NCBI GenBank assembly: GCA_965112635.1
Contig: OZ218778.1
Span: 2,112,001-2,176,000, forward strand
Source: an uncultured bacterium
GTDB lineage: Bacteria; Oederibacteriota; Oederibacteriia; Oederibacteriales; Oederibacteriaceae
DNA length: 64,000 nt
Direction of reading: 5' to 3'
The notes below the pieces were generated by a model. The model searched no databases. It saw only the letters and a program-made list of their open reading frames with translations, and was not told the DNA's origin. A program made the translations under genes and the position numbers. Positions 1 to 10,981 of this stretch are shown here, piece by piece (positions within the stretch are counted from its first letter, which is position 1; every line of letters begins with the position of its first letter).

Positions 1-138
1 CCTTTTCTCATTGCCGGGGCGGGGGTCCAGCCCGACGGGGTGTCCGCATTCGACGAGCAGTCAGCTTTGGCCGGCTCATTGCAGTTTGACCAGGGCTGGA
101 ACATGATGGATTATTTTATTTCTCTAACCAAAGATTAG
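1..138 (+). CDS. apgM: C-terminal end of a cofactor-independent phosphoglycerate mutase (ApgM type), truncated by the window start
   Basis: Frame 1 reads PFLIAGAGVQPDGVSAFDEQSALAGSLQFDQGWNMMDYFISLTKD* (TAG 136-138). This resembles the ApgM C-terminus, and ApgM is often next to aspartate-pathway genes. Not in the ORF track. Confidence 0.65.
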   Translation, partial: PFLIAGAGVQPDGVSAFDEQSALAGSLQFDQGWNMMDYFISLTKD

Positions 139-275
139 CTTCTCTTCGGCGCCCCCCTCCTCCAGCAGAAGCCAGCCTGTAAAGGTAATAACAACGGCTT
201 GAATTGCTCCATTTTGGATTTACCTGGCCGTCATTTCGATGCTCTTTCCGGCCTCAATGTTCCCCGAAGGGCAGG

Positions 276-303
276 TTGCAAACAAAGCTTTTAATTGTAT
301 AAT
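276..303 (+). promoter_or_regulatory. sigma70-type promoter for the lysC operon
   Basis: TTGCAA (276-281), 16-nt spacer, TATAAT (298-303), upstream of RBS AGGAGG at 324-329. Confidence 0.6.
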
Positions 304-337
304 ACTTGAAATTTGTCAACTTCAGGAGGGTGCTGGT

Positions 338-1561
338 TTGCCTATCGTTGTGCAAAAGTTCGGCGGAGCGGTCCTGGCCGATGTTGAAAAAATGAAGGAA
401 GCGGCCCAAGTCATCCTTCGTACCAAAAGAAAAGGGAAAAGGCTGGTGGTCGTGGTTTCCGCTCCCGGGGACACGACCGACGACCTCATAACTCTGGCTA
501 AAAAGATCACCGAGACGCCGGACAAAAGGGAAATGGATATGCTGCTGGCGACCGGAGAACAGCAATCCTGCGCCCTCCTGGCCATGATCCTAAAATCCAT
601 GGGCCACAAAGCGGTCTCTTACACAGGACCGCAGGTCGATATTGTCACGGATAGCAGTCACACCAAGGCCAGGATCGTTAGGATAGGGAACCAGAGGATA
701 AAAAAGTCCCTGCAGGAAGGCAAGATCGTCATCGTGGCTGGATTCCAGGGGCGCACCGTTAATGAAGATATCACCACCTTAGGCCGGGGCGGTTCGGACC
801 TGACCGCCGTGGCTTTGGCGGCTTTTTTAAAGGCGGAGATCTGCGAGTTTTACAAAGATGTCAAAGGGGTCTTTACCGCCAATCCCCGCATCGTTCCGGA
901 CGCGAGGAAGTTGGATTCTGTTTCGTACGACGAGATGCTGGAAATGGCGAGCATGGGCGCCCAGGTGCTTAACGCCCGTTCGGTGGAATACGCGAAAAAC
1001 TACAATGTCCCCCTATTGATCCGGTCCAACCAACCGGGCAGCGGGACCTATGTCACCAAGGAGGCTAAATCGATGGAAAAAGTGGTTGTCAGCGGCGTGG
1101 CTTATTCAACGGACGAGGCCAAGATCACGATCCGCGGGGTGCAGGACCGGCCCGGCCTCGCGGCGTTTGTGTTCAAAAAGATCGCCGAACAGGATATCAA
1201 CGTGGACATCATCGTCCAAAATACCAGCTTGCAGGGCAAGACGGATATCTCTTTCACGGTGCCTAGGAATGAATTAAAGGCCGCCCAGCAGATCACGGCC
1301 AAGGTCTGCAAGATCATCAAAGCCAAAGGCATGGTCGTGGACAACCGCGTGGCCAAGGTTTCCGTCATCGGGGTGGGGATGCGATCCCATAAAGGCGTGG
1401 CTGCGAAAATGTTCGAGGCTCTGGCGCAGGCAGCCATCAACATAGATATGATCAGCACCTCTGAGATCAAGATCTCTTGTGTTATAACTGAAAACCAGGT
1501 CAAAAAGGCTGTTCAGGTGATCCATAAAAAATTCCAGTTGAACAAGATAGGCAGGAGCTAA
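338..1561 (+). CDS. lysC: Aspartate kinase with two ACT domains
   Basis: VVQKFGG, VVVSA, GFQG, TTLGRGGSDLTA and DVKGVFTANPR motifs plus C-terminal ACT repeats (NIDMISTSEIKIS). Start moved to TTG 338 after the RBS. Confidence 0.95.
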   Translation: MPIVVQKFGGAVLADVEKMKEAAQVILRTKRKGKRLVVVVSAPGDTTDDLITLAKKITETPDKREMDMLLATGEQQSCALLAMILKSMGHKAVSYTGPQVDIVTDSSHTKARIVRIGNQRIKKSLQEGKIVIVAGFQGRTVNEDITTLGRGGSDLTAVALAAFLKAEICEFYKDVKGVFTANPRIVPDARKLDSVSYDEMLEMASMGAQVLNARSVEYAKNYNVPLLIRSNQPGSGTYVTKEAKSMEKVVVSGVAYSTDEAKITIRGVQDRPGLAAFVFKKIAEQDINVDIIVQNTSLQGKTDISFTVPRNELKAAQQITAKVCKIIKAKGMVVDNRVAKVSVIGVGMRSHKGVAAKMFEALAQAAINIDMISTSEIKISCVITENQVKKAVQVIHKKFQLNKIGRS

Positions 1562-1583
1562 CTAAAGGATTGGAGGCGGAAAA

Positions 1584-3170
1584 GTGTCCAAAATAATAAA
1601 AGATGTTCTTCTTTATGATACGACCCTGAGAGACGGGGCCCAGGGACAGGGGGTCTCTTTTTCCATAGAAGATAAGATCATGATCAGCCGGCGGTTGGAC
1701 CAGTTCGGCATGGATTATATCGAAGGCGGCATGACCAATCCCCAGAACGTCAAGGACCTGTCTTTCTTTCATCGGATGCGTTCTGTTCATCTCAAGAACG
1801 CTAAACTCGTGGCTTTTGGCAGCACACGCAAGGCTAATAAGCCCGTAGGCCAAGACCCCAGCGTTAAAGGGCTTTTGAGCGCCCAGACCAAGGCGGTCAC
1901 GGTGATGGGCAAGAGTTGGCTCCTTCATGTCCTCAAGGTCCTGAGAACATCACCGCAAGAGAATCTGGCCATGATCTCCAGCACCATTGCATATCTCAAA
2001 AGCAAAGGCAAAGAGGTCATCTATGACGCCGAGCATTTTTTCGAAGGTTATCTGGCAGATCCGAAGTATGCTCTCAAGACGCTGGCTATGGCCGAAGCGG
2101 CCGGTGCCAGCTGGATCGTGCTTTGCGACACCAATGGCGGTTTGATCCCGGAACAGATCTATAAAATCACCAGGGAAGTCAAATCACGGATCAGGGCACG
2201 GTTAGGAATCCATACCCATAACGACTCGGATTGTGCAGTGGCCAATACCATAGAGGCAGTGCGGGCCGGCGCCACCCAGGTCCAGGGGACCATCAACGGA
2301 ATGGGTGAGCGTTGCGGCAATGCCAATCTCTGTTCGGTCATCCCGAATTTGGCCTTTAAAATGGGACTGGTTTGCCTTGATCCGCGGAATCTCAAAGACC
2401 TGAACAAGGTTTCCTGGTATGTCAGCGAATTGGCCAACATCGCCCATAAACCGGAGCAGCCTTTTGTGGGAAGCAGCGCGTTCTCGCACAAAGCGGGGAT
2501 GCATGTCCACGCCCTGCAGCAGGACCTGCAGACCTATGAGCATTTAAACCCAGCCAAAATAGGGAACAGGCGGACCTTCCTGATGTCCGGAGAGCAGTCT
2601 GGCGCCACCAGCGTGGTGGTCAAAGCCAATGAGCAGGGGATCAAGCTCGCCTTGGGCGACCCCCGTGTTCAGGAGATCGTCAGGCATCTCAAGGAACTCG
2701 AAAAAGAGGGTTATCACTTTGAGGGAGCGGAAGCCTCATTCGAGCTTTTGGTGAAAAAGACGCTCAAAAAGCACCGTAAATTCTTTGACCTTACGGGTTA
2801 TCGGGTCACCGTGGAAAAAGAAGGCAACCGCAAGCCGCTTTGCGAAGCCACGATAAAGCTTAAAGTCAACGGCATTGAAGAGCATACGGCGGCTTCCGGG
2901 GACGGACCCGTGGAAGCCCTTGACCACGCGCTCAGAAAGGCCCTGGAGCAGTTTTATCCCAATCTGAAAAAGGTCTCCCTGATCGACTTTAAAGTAAGGG
3001 TGCTGGACGCTTCCGCGGGCTCTGCGTCCAAGGTCCGCGTTTTGACCGAGTCCACGGACGGCAGAAGAATATGGGGGAACGTTGGTGTTTCAGAAAACAT
3101 CATTGAAGCCTCCTGGGATGCCCTCGTGGAAAGCATCGAATACAAACTTCTCAAAGACGGGCACAAGTAA
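1584..3170 (+). CDS. cimA: Citramalate synthase (DRE-TIM, LeuA-like with regulatory domain)
   Basis: YDTTLRDGAQG, YDAEHFF, HTHND, GERCGNANLC, C-terminal GVSENIIEASW; lysC-cimA linkage is common. Confidence 0.9.
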   Translation: MSKIIKDVLLYDTTLRDGAQGQGVSFSIEDKIMISRRLDQFGMDYIEGGMTNPQNVKDLSFFHRMRSVHLKNAKLVAFGSTRKANKPVGQDPSVKGLLSAQTKAVTVMGKSWLLHVLKVLRTSPQENLAMISSTIAYLKSKGKEVIYDAEHFFEGYLADPKYALKTLAMAEAAGASWIVLCDTNGGLIPEQIYKITREVKSRIRARLGIHTHNDSDCAVANTIEAVRAGATQVQGTINGMGERCGNANLCSVIPNLAFKMGLVCLDPRNLKDLNKVSWYVSELANIAHKPEQPFVGSSAFSHKAGMHVHALQQDLQTYEHLNPAKIGNRRTFLMSGEQSGATSVVVKANEQGIKLALGDPRVQEIVRHLKELEKEGYHFEGAEASFELLVKKTLKKHRKFFDLTGYRVTVEKEGNRKPLCEATIKLKVNGIEEHTAASGDGPVEALDHALRKALEQFYPNLKKVSLIDFKVRVLDASAGSASKVRVLTESTDGRRIWGNVGVSENIIEASWDALVESIEYKLLKDGHK

Positions 3171-3218
3171 TCCCCTCGAACAACTTTTCCGCCGGATCCC
3201 AAAGAAAGGGTCTGAACC

Positions 3219-5876
3219 TTGAGCGAACTGACATCAAAGTACGAACCGCATCAGGTGGAGGCGGCCTGGTCCGCTATTTGGGCCGAAAAGGGCTTTTTTA
3301 AGGCCAGTTCTGACGGAACAAAAAAACCATATTGCATCGTCATTCCTCCGCCCAATGTGACAGGAGCCCTTCATTTCGGCCATGCCCTGAACAATACCCT
3401 GCAGGACATCCTCATCCGTTTTAAGAGGATGCAGGGATGCGACGCCCTTTGGATCCCGGGTACAGACCATGCCGGTATCGCCACGCAAAATGTGGTGGAA
3501 CGCCAGCTGGCCAAGGAACACGTGACCCGGCAGCAGTTAGGCCGCGAGAAGTTCGTCGAAAGGGTCTGGAAGTGGAAAGAGCAGTATGGAGGCCAGATCC
3601 TGAACCAGCTCAGGCGTCTGGGAGCTTCCTGCGATTTTTCCAGGGAACGGTTCACGATGGACGAGGGCCTGTCTGCGGCCGTGGCCGAAGTTTTTGTGAA
3701 GTTATACGAGGAAGGCCTGATCTATAGGAGCGAATATATCGTTAACTGGTGCCCGCGCTGCGGCACCGCGCTTTCAGACCTGGAGGTGGAATACCAGGAA
3801 TCCCAAGGCGAGCTTTACCATATCCTCTACCCCTTTCCAGGCGCAAAAGACAAGGGGATCGTCGTGGCCACTACCAGGCCGGAGACCATGCTGGGCGATA
3901 CGGCAGTGGCCGTGAACCCGGAGGACGGCCGATACCAGGGGGTCGTCGGAAAGACCGTCATCCTGCCTTTGCTCAACCGGGAGATCCCGCTTATTGCCGA
4001 CCCCTACGTGGATAAAACCTTCGGGACCGGCGCGGTCAAGATCACGCCTTCCCATGATCCCAATGATTTTCAGATCGGTAAAAAACACGGTCTCGCTTTC
4101 ATCAAAGTGATCCACACGGACGGGAAGATGACCAAAGAGGCCGGGCCTTATGCCGGACTGGACCGCTTTAGCTGCAGGAAAAAAGTGCTCGAAGACCTGG
4201 GGCAACAGGGGTGGCTGGTCAAAACCGAGCCGCACCTGAACGCCGTGGGGCATTGCCAGCGCTGCAAGACCGTGGTCGAACCCATGGTTTCCCTGCAGTG
4301 GTTCGTCAAGACCAAGCCGCTGGCCGAACCAGCCATCAAAGCTGTCAAAGAAAAACAGATCCATATCGTCCCGGAGACTTGGAGCAAGACTTATTTTGAT
4401 TGGATGGAGAATATCAGGGACTGGTGCATTTCCCGCCAATTATGGTGGGGCCACCGCATTCCTGTCTGGTATTGCCAGGATTGCGGAGAGATCAACGTGG
4501 CCAAGTTGGCGCCGGTAAAGTGCAAGAAATGCGGTAAATCCAACCTCAAACAGGATGAGGACGTGCTGGACACCTGGTTCAGCTCCGGATTGTGGCCGTT
4601 TTCGACCTTGGGTTGGCCCAATCAAACAAAAGACCTACAGCGCTTTTATCCCACTGATTGCCTGGTCACTGCTTTTGACATCATCTTTTTCTGGGTGGCC
4701 CGGATGATCATGATGGGAATACACTTTACCGGCCAAGTGCCATTTAAAGACGTGTATATCCACGCCCTGGTGCGGGACGCCGAGGGCAAGAAAATGAGCA
4801 AATCCAGGGGCAATGTCGTGGATCCCTTGGAAATGATAGACAAGTACGGCTGCGACGCTTTGCGGTTCACCCTGGCGGCGCTGGCGGCGCAGGGCAGGGA
4901 CGTGGCCTTGGACGAGGACCGCATCAACGGCTATAGGAATTTTTGCAATAAACTGTGGAACGCCAACCGCTTCTTTTTTATGAACTGCGGAGAGATCGTG
5001 CCCAAGGGTATCGAGGAAATTAACAAGGCCGGTCTCAGCCTGTTCGACCGGTGGATATTGAGCAGGCTGGACCAGGTAGCGACCGATGTCAAAGAGGCCC
5101 TGGACGGTTACAGGTTCAATGACGCGGCACTGGCCATTTACGATTTTACCTGGCATGAGTACTGCGACTGGTATGTGGAGCTAACCAAACCCTCCTGCGC
5201 CAACCCAGGGCCGGATAAAGACCGGGTGCTGGCAGTCCATCTCTTTGTGCTGGACACGGTCCTCAGGCTGCTGCATCCTTTTATGCCGTTCATTACAGAA
5301 GAGATATGGAATAATCTTCCATTTGCCAGCAAGCCAGCGCAGAGTCTTTGCGTGGCAGATTGGCCCGAACTTAAGAATAAGTACCGTGACGTTCCTGCTG
5401 GAATGGATATGGATCTGATCATTCAGGCTGTGACCGCCGTAAGGAATCTGCGCAGCGGTTATCATGTTCCGCCCGGCTTAAAACTTAATATTTCCATCAA
5501 GGTAAAGACATTAGAGGAAGAGGCACTTTTGGAGAAGTACGAGCAACTGCTGACCGGTTTGTTCAAGGCAGAGAAGCTTGTTCTAGGTACAAAGATAGAG
5601 AAGCCGAAATTGTGCGCTGAGTCGTTCCTCGGCGATATCGAGGTCTATGTTCCCCTGGGCTCTTTTCTGGACATCGAACAGGAAAAGGCCAAGGTACTCA
5701 AGGAAAAGGAAAAGATGGGCCAGCTCATTGGACAACTGGAGCAGCGCTTGGCTGACAAGCACTTCCTGGCCAAAGCCCCGGAACACCTCATTCAGCAGGA
5801 AAAAGCCAAGGCCCAGGATTGGGCCGCCCAAAGGGATAAGCTGGATGAATATTTGCGCCGTCTCAAGGGAGAATAG
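3219..5876 (+). CDS. valS: Valine--tRNA ligase
   Basis: PPPNVTG-LHFGH (HIGH), [28 protein letters not shown]-terminal coiled coil. Confidence 0.98.
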   Translation: MSELTSKYEPHQVEAAWSAIWAEKGFFKASSDGTKKPYCIVIPPPNVTGALHFGHALNNTLQDILIRFKRMQGCDALWIPGTDHAGIATQNVVERQLAKEHVTRQQLGREKFVERVWKWKEQYGGQILNQLRRLGASCDFSRERFTMDEGLSAAVAEVFVKLYEEGLIYRSEYIVNWCPRCGTALSDLEVEYQESQGELYHILYPFPGAKDKGIVVATTRPETMLGDTAVAVNPEDGRYQGVVGKTVILPLLNREIPLIADPYVDKTFGTGAVKITPSHDPNDFQIGKKHGLAFIKVIHTDGKMTKEAGPYAGLDRFSCRKKVLEDLGQQGWLVKTEPHLNAVGHCQRCKTVVEPMVSLQWFVKTKPLAEPAIKAVKEKQIHIVPETWSKTYFDWMENIRDWCISRQLWWGHRIPVWYCQDCGEINVAKLAPVKCKKCGKSNLKQDEDVLDTWFSSGLWPFSTLGWPNQTKDLQRFYPTDCLVTAFDIIFFWVARMIMMGIHFTGQVPFKDVYIHALVRDAEGKKMSKSRGNVVDPLEMIDKYGCDALRFTLAALAAQGRDVALDEDRINGYRNFCNKLWNANRFFFMNCGEIVPKGIEEINKAGLSLFDRWILSRLDQVATDVKEALDGYRFNDAALAIYDFTWHEYCDWYVELTKPSCANPGPDKDRVLAVHLFVLDTVLRLLHPFMPFITEEIWNNLPFASKPAQSLCVADWPELKNKYRDVPAGMDMDLIIQAVTAVRNLRSGYHVPPGLKLNISIKVKTLEEEALLEKYEQLLTGLFKAEKLVLGTKIEKPKLCAESFLGDIEVYVPLGSFLDIEQEKAKVLKEKEKMGQLIGQLEQRLADKHFLAKAPEHLIQQEKAKAQDWAAQRDKLDEYLRRLKGE

Positions 5877-5882
5877 CAGTCA

Positions 5883-6734
5883 ATGAAAAAAGCCATGAGG
5901 GTCGATCCGGCTGAGGTCCGGGCCATTATCCAAAAGGCGTTAATGGAAGACAAGGTGCGGCGTGACATTACCACGCACGGCATCATTGATCCGCATATCC
6001 ACGGCCAGGGTTATTTCGTGGCCAAGCAGGAGGGCGTGCTCGCGGGCCTGGACGTGGCCCGGGAGGTTTTTAGAATAGTGGATAAGGACGTTAAATTCAA
6101 AAAGCTGCTTTCGGACGGGGCGAGGGTCAAAAAAGATGCGGTGCTGGCCAAGGTTGTAGGACGGGCCATCTCTTTGCTCCAAGCCGAAAGGACTTCCCTG
6201 AATTTTTTGCAGCATTTGAGCGGGGTAGCCACTCTGGCCTCCCGTTTTGTGGAAAAGGTCAAAGGGACCGGGGCGGTCATTTTGGACACGCGCAAGACCA
6301 TCCCCGGTTTCCGCTTATTACAGAAATACGCCGTGCGGAAAGGCGGCGCCACCAATCACCGCATGGACTTAGCTGAATCCGTCCTGGTCAAAAATAACCA
6401 TTTTGAGTTCGTGGATTTTGAAGAAGGGGTCAAGAGGGCGGTAAGGAAAGTAAGGGGTAAAAAACCTGTCATCGTAGAGGTCACCAAGGTCTCCCAAGTT
6501 TTGCCGGCCATACGGGGGGGAGCCACCCGGCTTTTGCTGGATAACATGACCATTCCCCATATGAAACAGATCGTTTCCCAGGTCAAGGGCAGGGTGGAAC
6601 TGGAAGCTTCCGGTGGAATTGACCTGCACAACGTGCGCCAAGTCGCTCAAACAGGGGTCGATTTTATTTCAGTCGGGGCTTTGACCCATTCTGTCCGAGC
6701 TATGGACATCAGCCTGGTCATCAAAGGTTCTTGA
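5883..6734 (+). CDS. nadC: Nicotinate-nucleotide diphosphorylase (quinolinate phosphoribosyltransferase)
   Basis: AERTSLNFLQHLSGVAT, DTRKTIPG, NHR, LLLDNM, EASGGI, ISVGALTHS. Confidence 0.95.
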   Translation: MKKAMRVDPAEVRAIIQKALMEDKVRRDITTHGIIDPHIHGQGYFVAKQEGVLAGLDVAREVFRIVDKDVKFKKLLSDGARVKKDAVLAKVVGRAISLLQAERTSLNFLQHLSGVATLASRFVEKVKGTGAVILDTRKTIPGFRLLQKYAVRKGGATNHRMDLAESVLVKNNHFEFVDFEEGVKRAVRKVRGKKPVIVEVTKVSQVLPAIRGGATRLLLDNMTIPHMKQIVSQVKGRVELEASGGIDLHNVRQVAQTGVDFISVGALTHSVRAMDISLVIKGS

Positions 6735-6782
6735 GCCTTAACCCCATTGCCTTCAACCCTAACAAGATAGGTAGAAGCACCT

Positions 6783-7586
6783 ATGCCCAAACTTGAATCT
6801 CTTTTGCCCGAAAAGATCCAAAAACACCTCAAAACGAACTCGCTGGGCAAAGTGGTGTTGGTGTTCCGCACCATTGATTCCACCAACGGGTTCGCCCTGA
6901 AGCTGATTGACCCCAAACACGGGACTTTGGTCCTGGCGGAGACCCAGACCAGGGGAAGGGGGAGGCTTGGCCGCAAATGGCATTCTGCGGACCACAAGGG
7001 CATTTGGCTGACCCTTATCCTCAAGCCCTCAGCAGGTTTGGTGCAGCCCGCATCCCTCACTATGTTGATGGCTTTGAGCATCGTGGAAACCTTAAAGCGG
7101 GATTATAGCCTGGATTGCGCCATCAAATGGCCCAATGATATTTATCTGAACCACAAAAAGGTTTGCGGCATTCTGACCGAAGCAAAAACAACCTCGAACA
7201 GGGTTGAGTTTTACGCCCTTGGGGTAGGGTTGAATGTCAACCAGACAAACCGTAATTTTCCGGCGGAATTGCGCAGGCTTGCCTCATCGCTGAGAATTGA
7301 AACAGGCCGGAAGTTGTCCCGCCCTACGCTGATCCAAAAAATATTGCTCCGTTTTGAGGAGCATTTTAAAGAGTTTCAGGGCCAGGGTTTTGCCCGATTC
7401 CTACCCCAGTGGGAAGGGATGAGCGAAACCATCGGCAAGCAGGTCAAAATAGCGACCGGACGCCGGACTTTGGAGGGGCTGGCTGTGGGACTGGATACGG
7501 ACGGAAGCCTGTTGGTCAGATTGGACAGCGGGGTGGTCCATAAAGTCCATGCCGGAGATATCACCCATTTAACCTTAAAGACTTGA
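6783..7586 (+). CDS. birA: Biotin--[acetyl-CoA carboxylase] ligase, without N-terminal HTH
   Basis: DSTN, QTRGRGRLGRKW, IKWPNDI, KVCGILTE, GVGLNVN. Confidence 0.93.
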   Translation: MPKLESLLPEKIQKHLKTNSLGKVVLVFRTIDSTNGFALKLIDPKHGTLVLAETQTRGRGRLGRKWHSADHKGIWLTLILKPSAGLVQPASLTMLMALSIVETLKRDYSLDCAIKWPNDIYLNHKKVCGILTEAKTTSNRVEFYALGVGLNVNQTNRNFPAELRRLASSLRIETGRKLSRPTLIQKILLRFEEHFKEFQGQGFARFLPQWEGMSETIGKQVKIATGRRTLEGLAVGLDTDGSLLVRLDSGVVHKVHAGDITHLTLKT

Positions 7587-10204
7587 TGGAGAAGAGGGCA
7601 GCTATGGTTCAGGGTATTAGAGATCCAAAACTTTCCGGGCTGTCCGAACAGGAAGCCGCAGCCAGGCTAAAAAAGTACGGTTATAACGAGATCCAGGTCC
7701 TACAGGGGTACGGCCATTTGCAGTCTTCTGTGCCCCGGCACATCCTAAATATCCTCGCCAACACTTTGAAAGAACCCATGTTCCTGCTATTGATCGCCTG
7801 CACGGCCGTTTTTTTCTTGCTGGGGGAATACAAGGACGGCGCCGTTCTTCTGTGCTTTGTCGTTGTCATGATGACCATTAGCTTTTACCAGGAGCGCAAG
7901 ACTGAAAGGGCCCTGGAGGCCCTGAGGGACCTCTCGAGTCCCCGCGCTTTGGTGATCCGGCAGGGCGTGGAAAAACGTATCGCCGGACGGGAAGTGGTGC
8001 CGGGGGATATTTTGGTACTTGCCGAAGGAGACCGTGTGCCGGCGGACGGGCAGGTCCTTTTCAGCCAGAACCTTTCCGTGGATGAGTCCTTGTTAACCGG
8101 TGAATCCGTGCCTGTCCGCAAGACAGAGTGGAAGGAAGGTCTGGCGCCCACGGCCCAGCCCGGCGGCCAGGATACGCCCTATATCTACTCCAGCACTCTG
8201 GTCGTGCAGGGCTATGCCTATGCCGAAGTCCAAGCCACGGGCATGAAGACCGAAGTTGGGAAGATAGGCAAGGTTTTGCAAAGTATCAAGCCTGTTGAGA
8301 CCAGCTCCCAAAAACAGAACAAAAAGATGGTCGTGGTGCTGGCTGGTTTGGGCGGGTTGTTATGTATCCTGGTCATTGTGATCTATGGGTTGACCAGGGG
8401 TGACTGGATCCATGCCCTGCTGGCAGGTCTTACCTTGGCCATGGCTATGTTACCCGAAGAGTTCCCGGTCGTTCTCACGGTTTTTATGGCCCTCGGCGCC
8501 TGGCGAATGTCAAAGAAAAGGGTGCTGACGCGCAACCTTCCAGCCATCGAAACGCTCGGTTCGACCACAGTCTTATGCGTGGATAAGACCGGGACCTTAA
8601 CGATGAACCAGATGACCGTCACATCCCTTTGTGTCCAGGATGACCACTACGACATAAACTCATCCGTTAAAAATGTTTTGCCGGATAAGTACCACGAGTT
8701 GGTGGAATTCGGCATCCTGGCCAGTCAGTTGGAGGATTTTGACCCCATGGATCGGGCCATCAAGCGGCTTGGTGACCCCTTTATTCTGCCTTTTGAACAT
8801 CACCACCAGGATTGGGAGCATATCCGGGAATACTCTCTTTCCAAGACATTGATGGCGCTTTCCCATGTCTGGCGGTCCAGAGAAGGCAAGGACTACGTGA
8901 TCGCCGCTAAAGGGGCGCCTGAGGCCATCATGGAGCTGTGTCATTTGGACCAGGAAGCGAAGCAAAAGGTGATGCAGAACATCAACCGATTGGCCCGCAG
9001 GGGGTTCAGGATTTTGGCTGCCGCGAAAGGGTATTTTAAAAGCGATTTTTTACCTAAAGAACAACATGATTTTAATTTTGAATTTTTGGGTTTGCTCGGT
9101 CTGTCCGACCCTGTCAGGCCCCAGGTCCCTGAGGCCGTGAAGGAATGTTATGAGGCCGGCATCCGCGTCATCATGATCACAGGCGATTATCCTGAAACCG
9201 CCGTCAATGTGGCCATGGAAATAGGGCTGGAAAACCCGGATAAAGTGTTGACCGGTTCTGTCATCGAGGCGTTGGGTGACAGCGAACTGGCAGCCAGGCT
9301 CAAGGAAGTCAATGTATATGCCCGGATGGCCCCGGAACAGAAATTACGGCTGGTCAAAGCCCTCCAAGCCAATGCTGAGGTCGTGGCCATGACCGGTGAC
9401 GGGGTCAATGACGCAGCAGCGCTCAAGACCGCGGATATCGGTATCGCCATGGGTGAGCGCGGCTCCGATGTGGCCCGCGAATCCGCCGATCTGGTCCTTT
9501 TGAACGATGATTTTAACTCCATCGTCCAGGCGGTCAGGCTGGGAAGGCGTATTTTTGGTAACCTAAGAAAATCCATGGCTTACCTTTTTTCCGTCCATGC
9601 CCCGATAGCCTGTATTTCGCTGACCCCGGTGCTTTTACACTGGCCCCTGCTTTTACTGCCTGTCCATATTACTTTTTTGGAGTTTATCATTGACCCGGCC
9701 TGCTCGGTCATATTTGAAGCAGAGGCCGAAGAAAAGAACTCCATGAAGCAACCGCCCCGCAGGATCGACGCTCCTATTATCGATAAGCTTTCTATTTTTT
9801 TCAGTTTACTGCAGGGGATGTTCGTGTTTTTTATCATGCTTTGCGTGTTGCTCGTATCTAAATGGTTCGGCCAGAACGATAATGATATCAGGGCTATGAT
9901 ATTCAGTATCCTTGTGATCACTAACCTAAGTTTGATCTTTATCAACCGGTCTTGGACCAAGAACATCCTGGAAACCTTGCGCGAGCCCAATCACTTTCTT
10001 TGGCTCGTCACTTTAGGCACCTTGGTATTATTGTGCGTTATTCTGTATGTGCCGGCGTTACAAGACATATTTAAGTTTGGCAGGCTGCCTTGGCACGGAC
10101 TGCTAGTGTGTTTTGGCTCAGGATTACTCTGCATCCTTGTGAATGAAGCGGTCAAATTTACGTTCAGGAACCGTACGAAGTTAAACCCGGGATTGAAATT
10201 TTAA
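7583..10204 (+). CDS. Cation-transporting P-type ATPase (type II, Ca2+-like)
   Basis: DESLLTGES, PEEFP, DKTGTLT phosphorylation site, KGAPE, MITGD, MTGDGVNDA and about 10 TM segments. The start could be 7586 or 7604. Confidence 0.92.
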   Translation: MMEKRAAMVQGIRDPKLSGLSEQEAAARLKKYGYNEIQVLQGYGHLQSSVPRHILNILANTLKEPMFLLLIACTAVFFLLGEYKDGAVLLCFVVVMMTISFYQERKTERALEALRDLSSPRALVIRQGVEKRIAGREVVPGDILVLAEGDRVPADGQVLFSQNLSVDESLLTGESVPVRKTEWKEGLAPTAQPGGQDTPYIYSSTLVVQGYAYAEVQATGMKTEVGKIGKVLQSIKPVETSSQKQNKKMVVVLAGLGGLLCILVIVIYGLTRGDWIHALLAGLTLAMAMLPEEFPVVLTVFMALGAWRMSKKRVLTRNLPAIETLGSTTVLCVDKTGTLTMNQMTVTSLCVQDDHYDINSSVKNVLPDKYHELVEFGILASQLEDFDPMDRAIKRLGDPFILPFEHHHQDWEHIREYSLSKTLMALSHVWRSREGKDYVIAAKGAPEAIMELCHLDQEAKQKVMQNINRLARRGFRILAAAKGYFKSDFLPKEQHDFNFEFLGLLGLSDPVRPQVPEAVKECYEAGIRVIMITGDYPETAVNVAMEIGLENPDKVLTGSVIEALGDSELAARLKEVNVYARMAPEQKLRLVKALQANAEVVAMTGDGVNDAAALKTADIGIAMGERGSDVARESADLVLLNDDFNSIVQAVRLGRRIFGNLRKSMAYLFSVHAPIACISLTPVLLHWPLLLLPVHITFLEFIIDPACSVIFEAEAEEKNSMKQPPRRIDAPIIDKLSIFFSLLQGMFVFFIMLCVLLVSKWFGQNDNDIRAMIFSILVITNLSLIFINRSWTKNILETLREPNHFLWLVTLGTLVLLCVILYVPALQDIFKFGRLPWHGLLVCFGSGLLCILVNEAVKFTFRNRTKLNPGLKF

Positions 10205-10243
10205 GCTGTTCCAGGATAAAATCAAAGTAATTAAAGATCAATC

Positions 10244-10357
10244 CACACCCACTGCTTTTAATTATTGGAACAATAGCAGTGGGTGTGCCCCGCCAACTCG
10301 CTGGCGCGAGTTTCTGGGCTGGATTTTTATCCAGCCTAGCGGCGGATAAAAATCCAG
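10244..10357. repeat. Three consecutive inverted repeats in the rubrerythrin leader
   Basis: CACACCCACTGCT 10244-56 / AGCAGTGGGTGTG 10275-87; AACTCGC 10295-301 / GCGAGTT 10306-12; CTGGATTTTTATCC 10319-32 / GGATAAAAATCCAG 10344-57. Confidence 0.85.
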
Positions 10358-10375
10358 GACTAGGAGGAAAGCTAA

Positions 10376-10948
10376 ATGGGGAAATCTTTGAGAGGAACCA
10401 AGACAGAGCAAAATCTTTTAAAGGCGTTTGCCGGAGAATCCCAGGCCAGGAACCGTTACACCTTTTTCGCGAGCGCTGCTAAAAAGGAAGGTTTTGAGCA
10501 TATCGCAAAGACCTTCCTGGAGACCGCGGACAATGAAAAAGAGCACGCCAAGCTGTTCTTTAAATATTTAGAAGGGGGAGAAGTGGAGATCACGGCTTCT
10601 TATCCGGCCGGCATGATCATGAGCACCCTGTCGAATCTAAAAGCCGCAGCAGATGGCGAGAACATGGAGTGGGGAACCCTATATCCTGACTTTGCCAAAG
10701 TGGCCAGCGAAGAGGGCTTTCCTGAAGTTGCCAATACTTTTGTGCAGATCGCCAAAGTTGAGAAGTTCCATGAGGAGCGGTATCGCAAGCTGGCGGATGA
10801 CGAGTCCAAGGGAACGGTATTTAAAAGAGCGATCAAAGTAAAGTGGCACTGCATGAACTGCGGGATGATTATCGAGAGCACCGAAGCGCCTAATATTTGC
10901 CCGGCTTGCAAGCATCCCCAGGCTTACTATGAGGTCCTTGGAGAATAG
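10376..10948 (+). CDS. rbr: Rubrerythrin
   Basis: [18 protein letters not shown] and EKFHEERY diiron motifs; C-terminal rubredoxin CMNC...CPACKHP; RBS AGGAGG. Confidence 0.96.
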   Translation: MGKSLRGTKTEQNLLKAFAGESQARNRYTFFASAAKKEGFEHIAKTFLETADNEKEHAKLFFKYLEGGEVEITASYPAGMIMSTLSNLKAAADGENMEWGTLYPDFAKVASEEGFPEVANTFVQIAKVEKFHEERYRKLADDESKGTVFKRAIKVKWHCMNCGMIIESTEAPNICPACKHPQAYYEVLGE

Positions 10949-10981
10949 AAAACATTTCTGCAATGCGGGCTGAAATGGAAA

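Noticed and set aside
139-337. Lysine riboswitch upstream of lysC
   Set aside because: The promoter at 276-303 leaves only about 30 nt of leader, and no L-box consensus is recognisable.
10279-10482. 67-aa ORF overlapping the rubrerythrin leader
   Set aside because: Runs through palindromic DNA and out of frame into rbr; no RBS.
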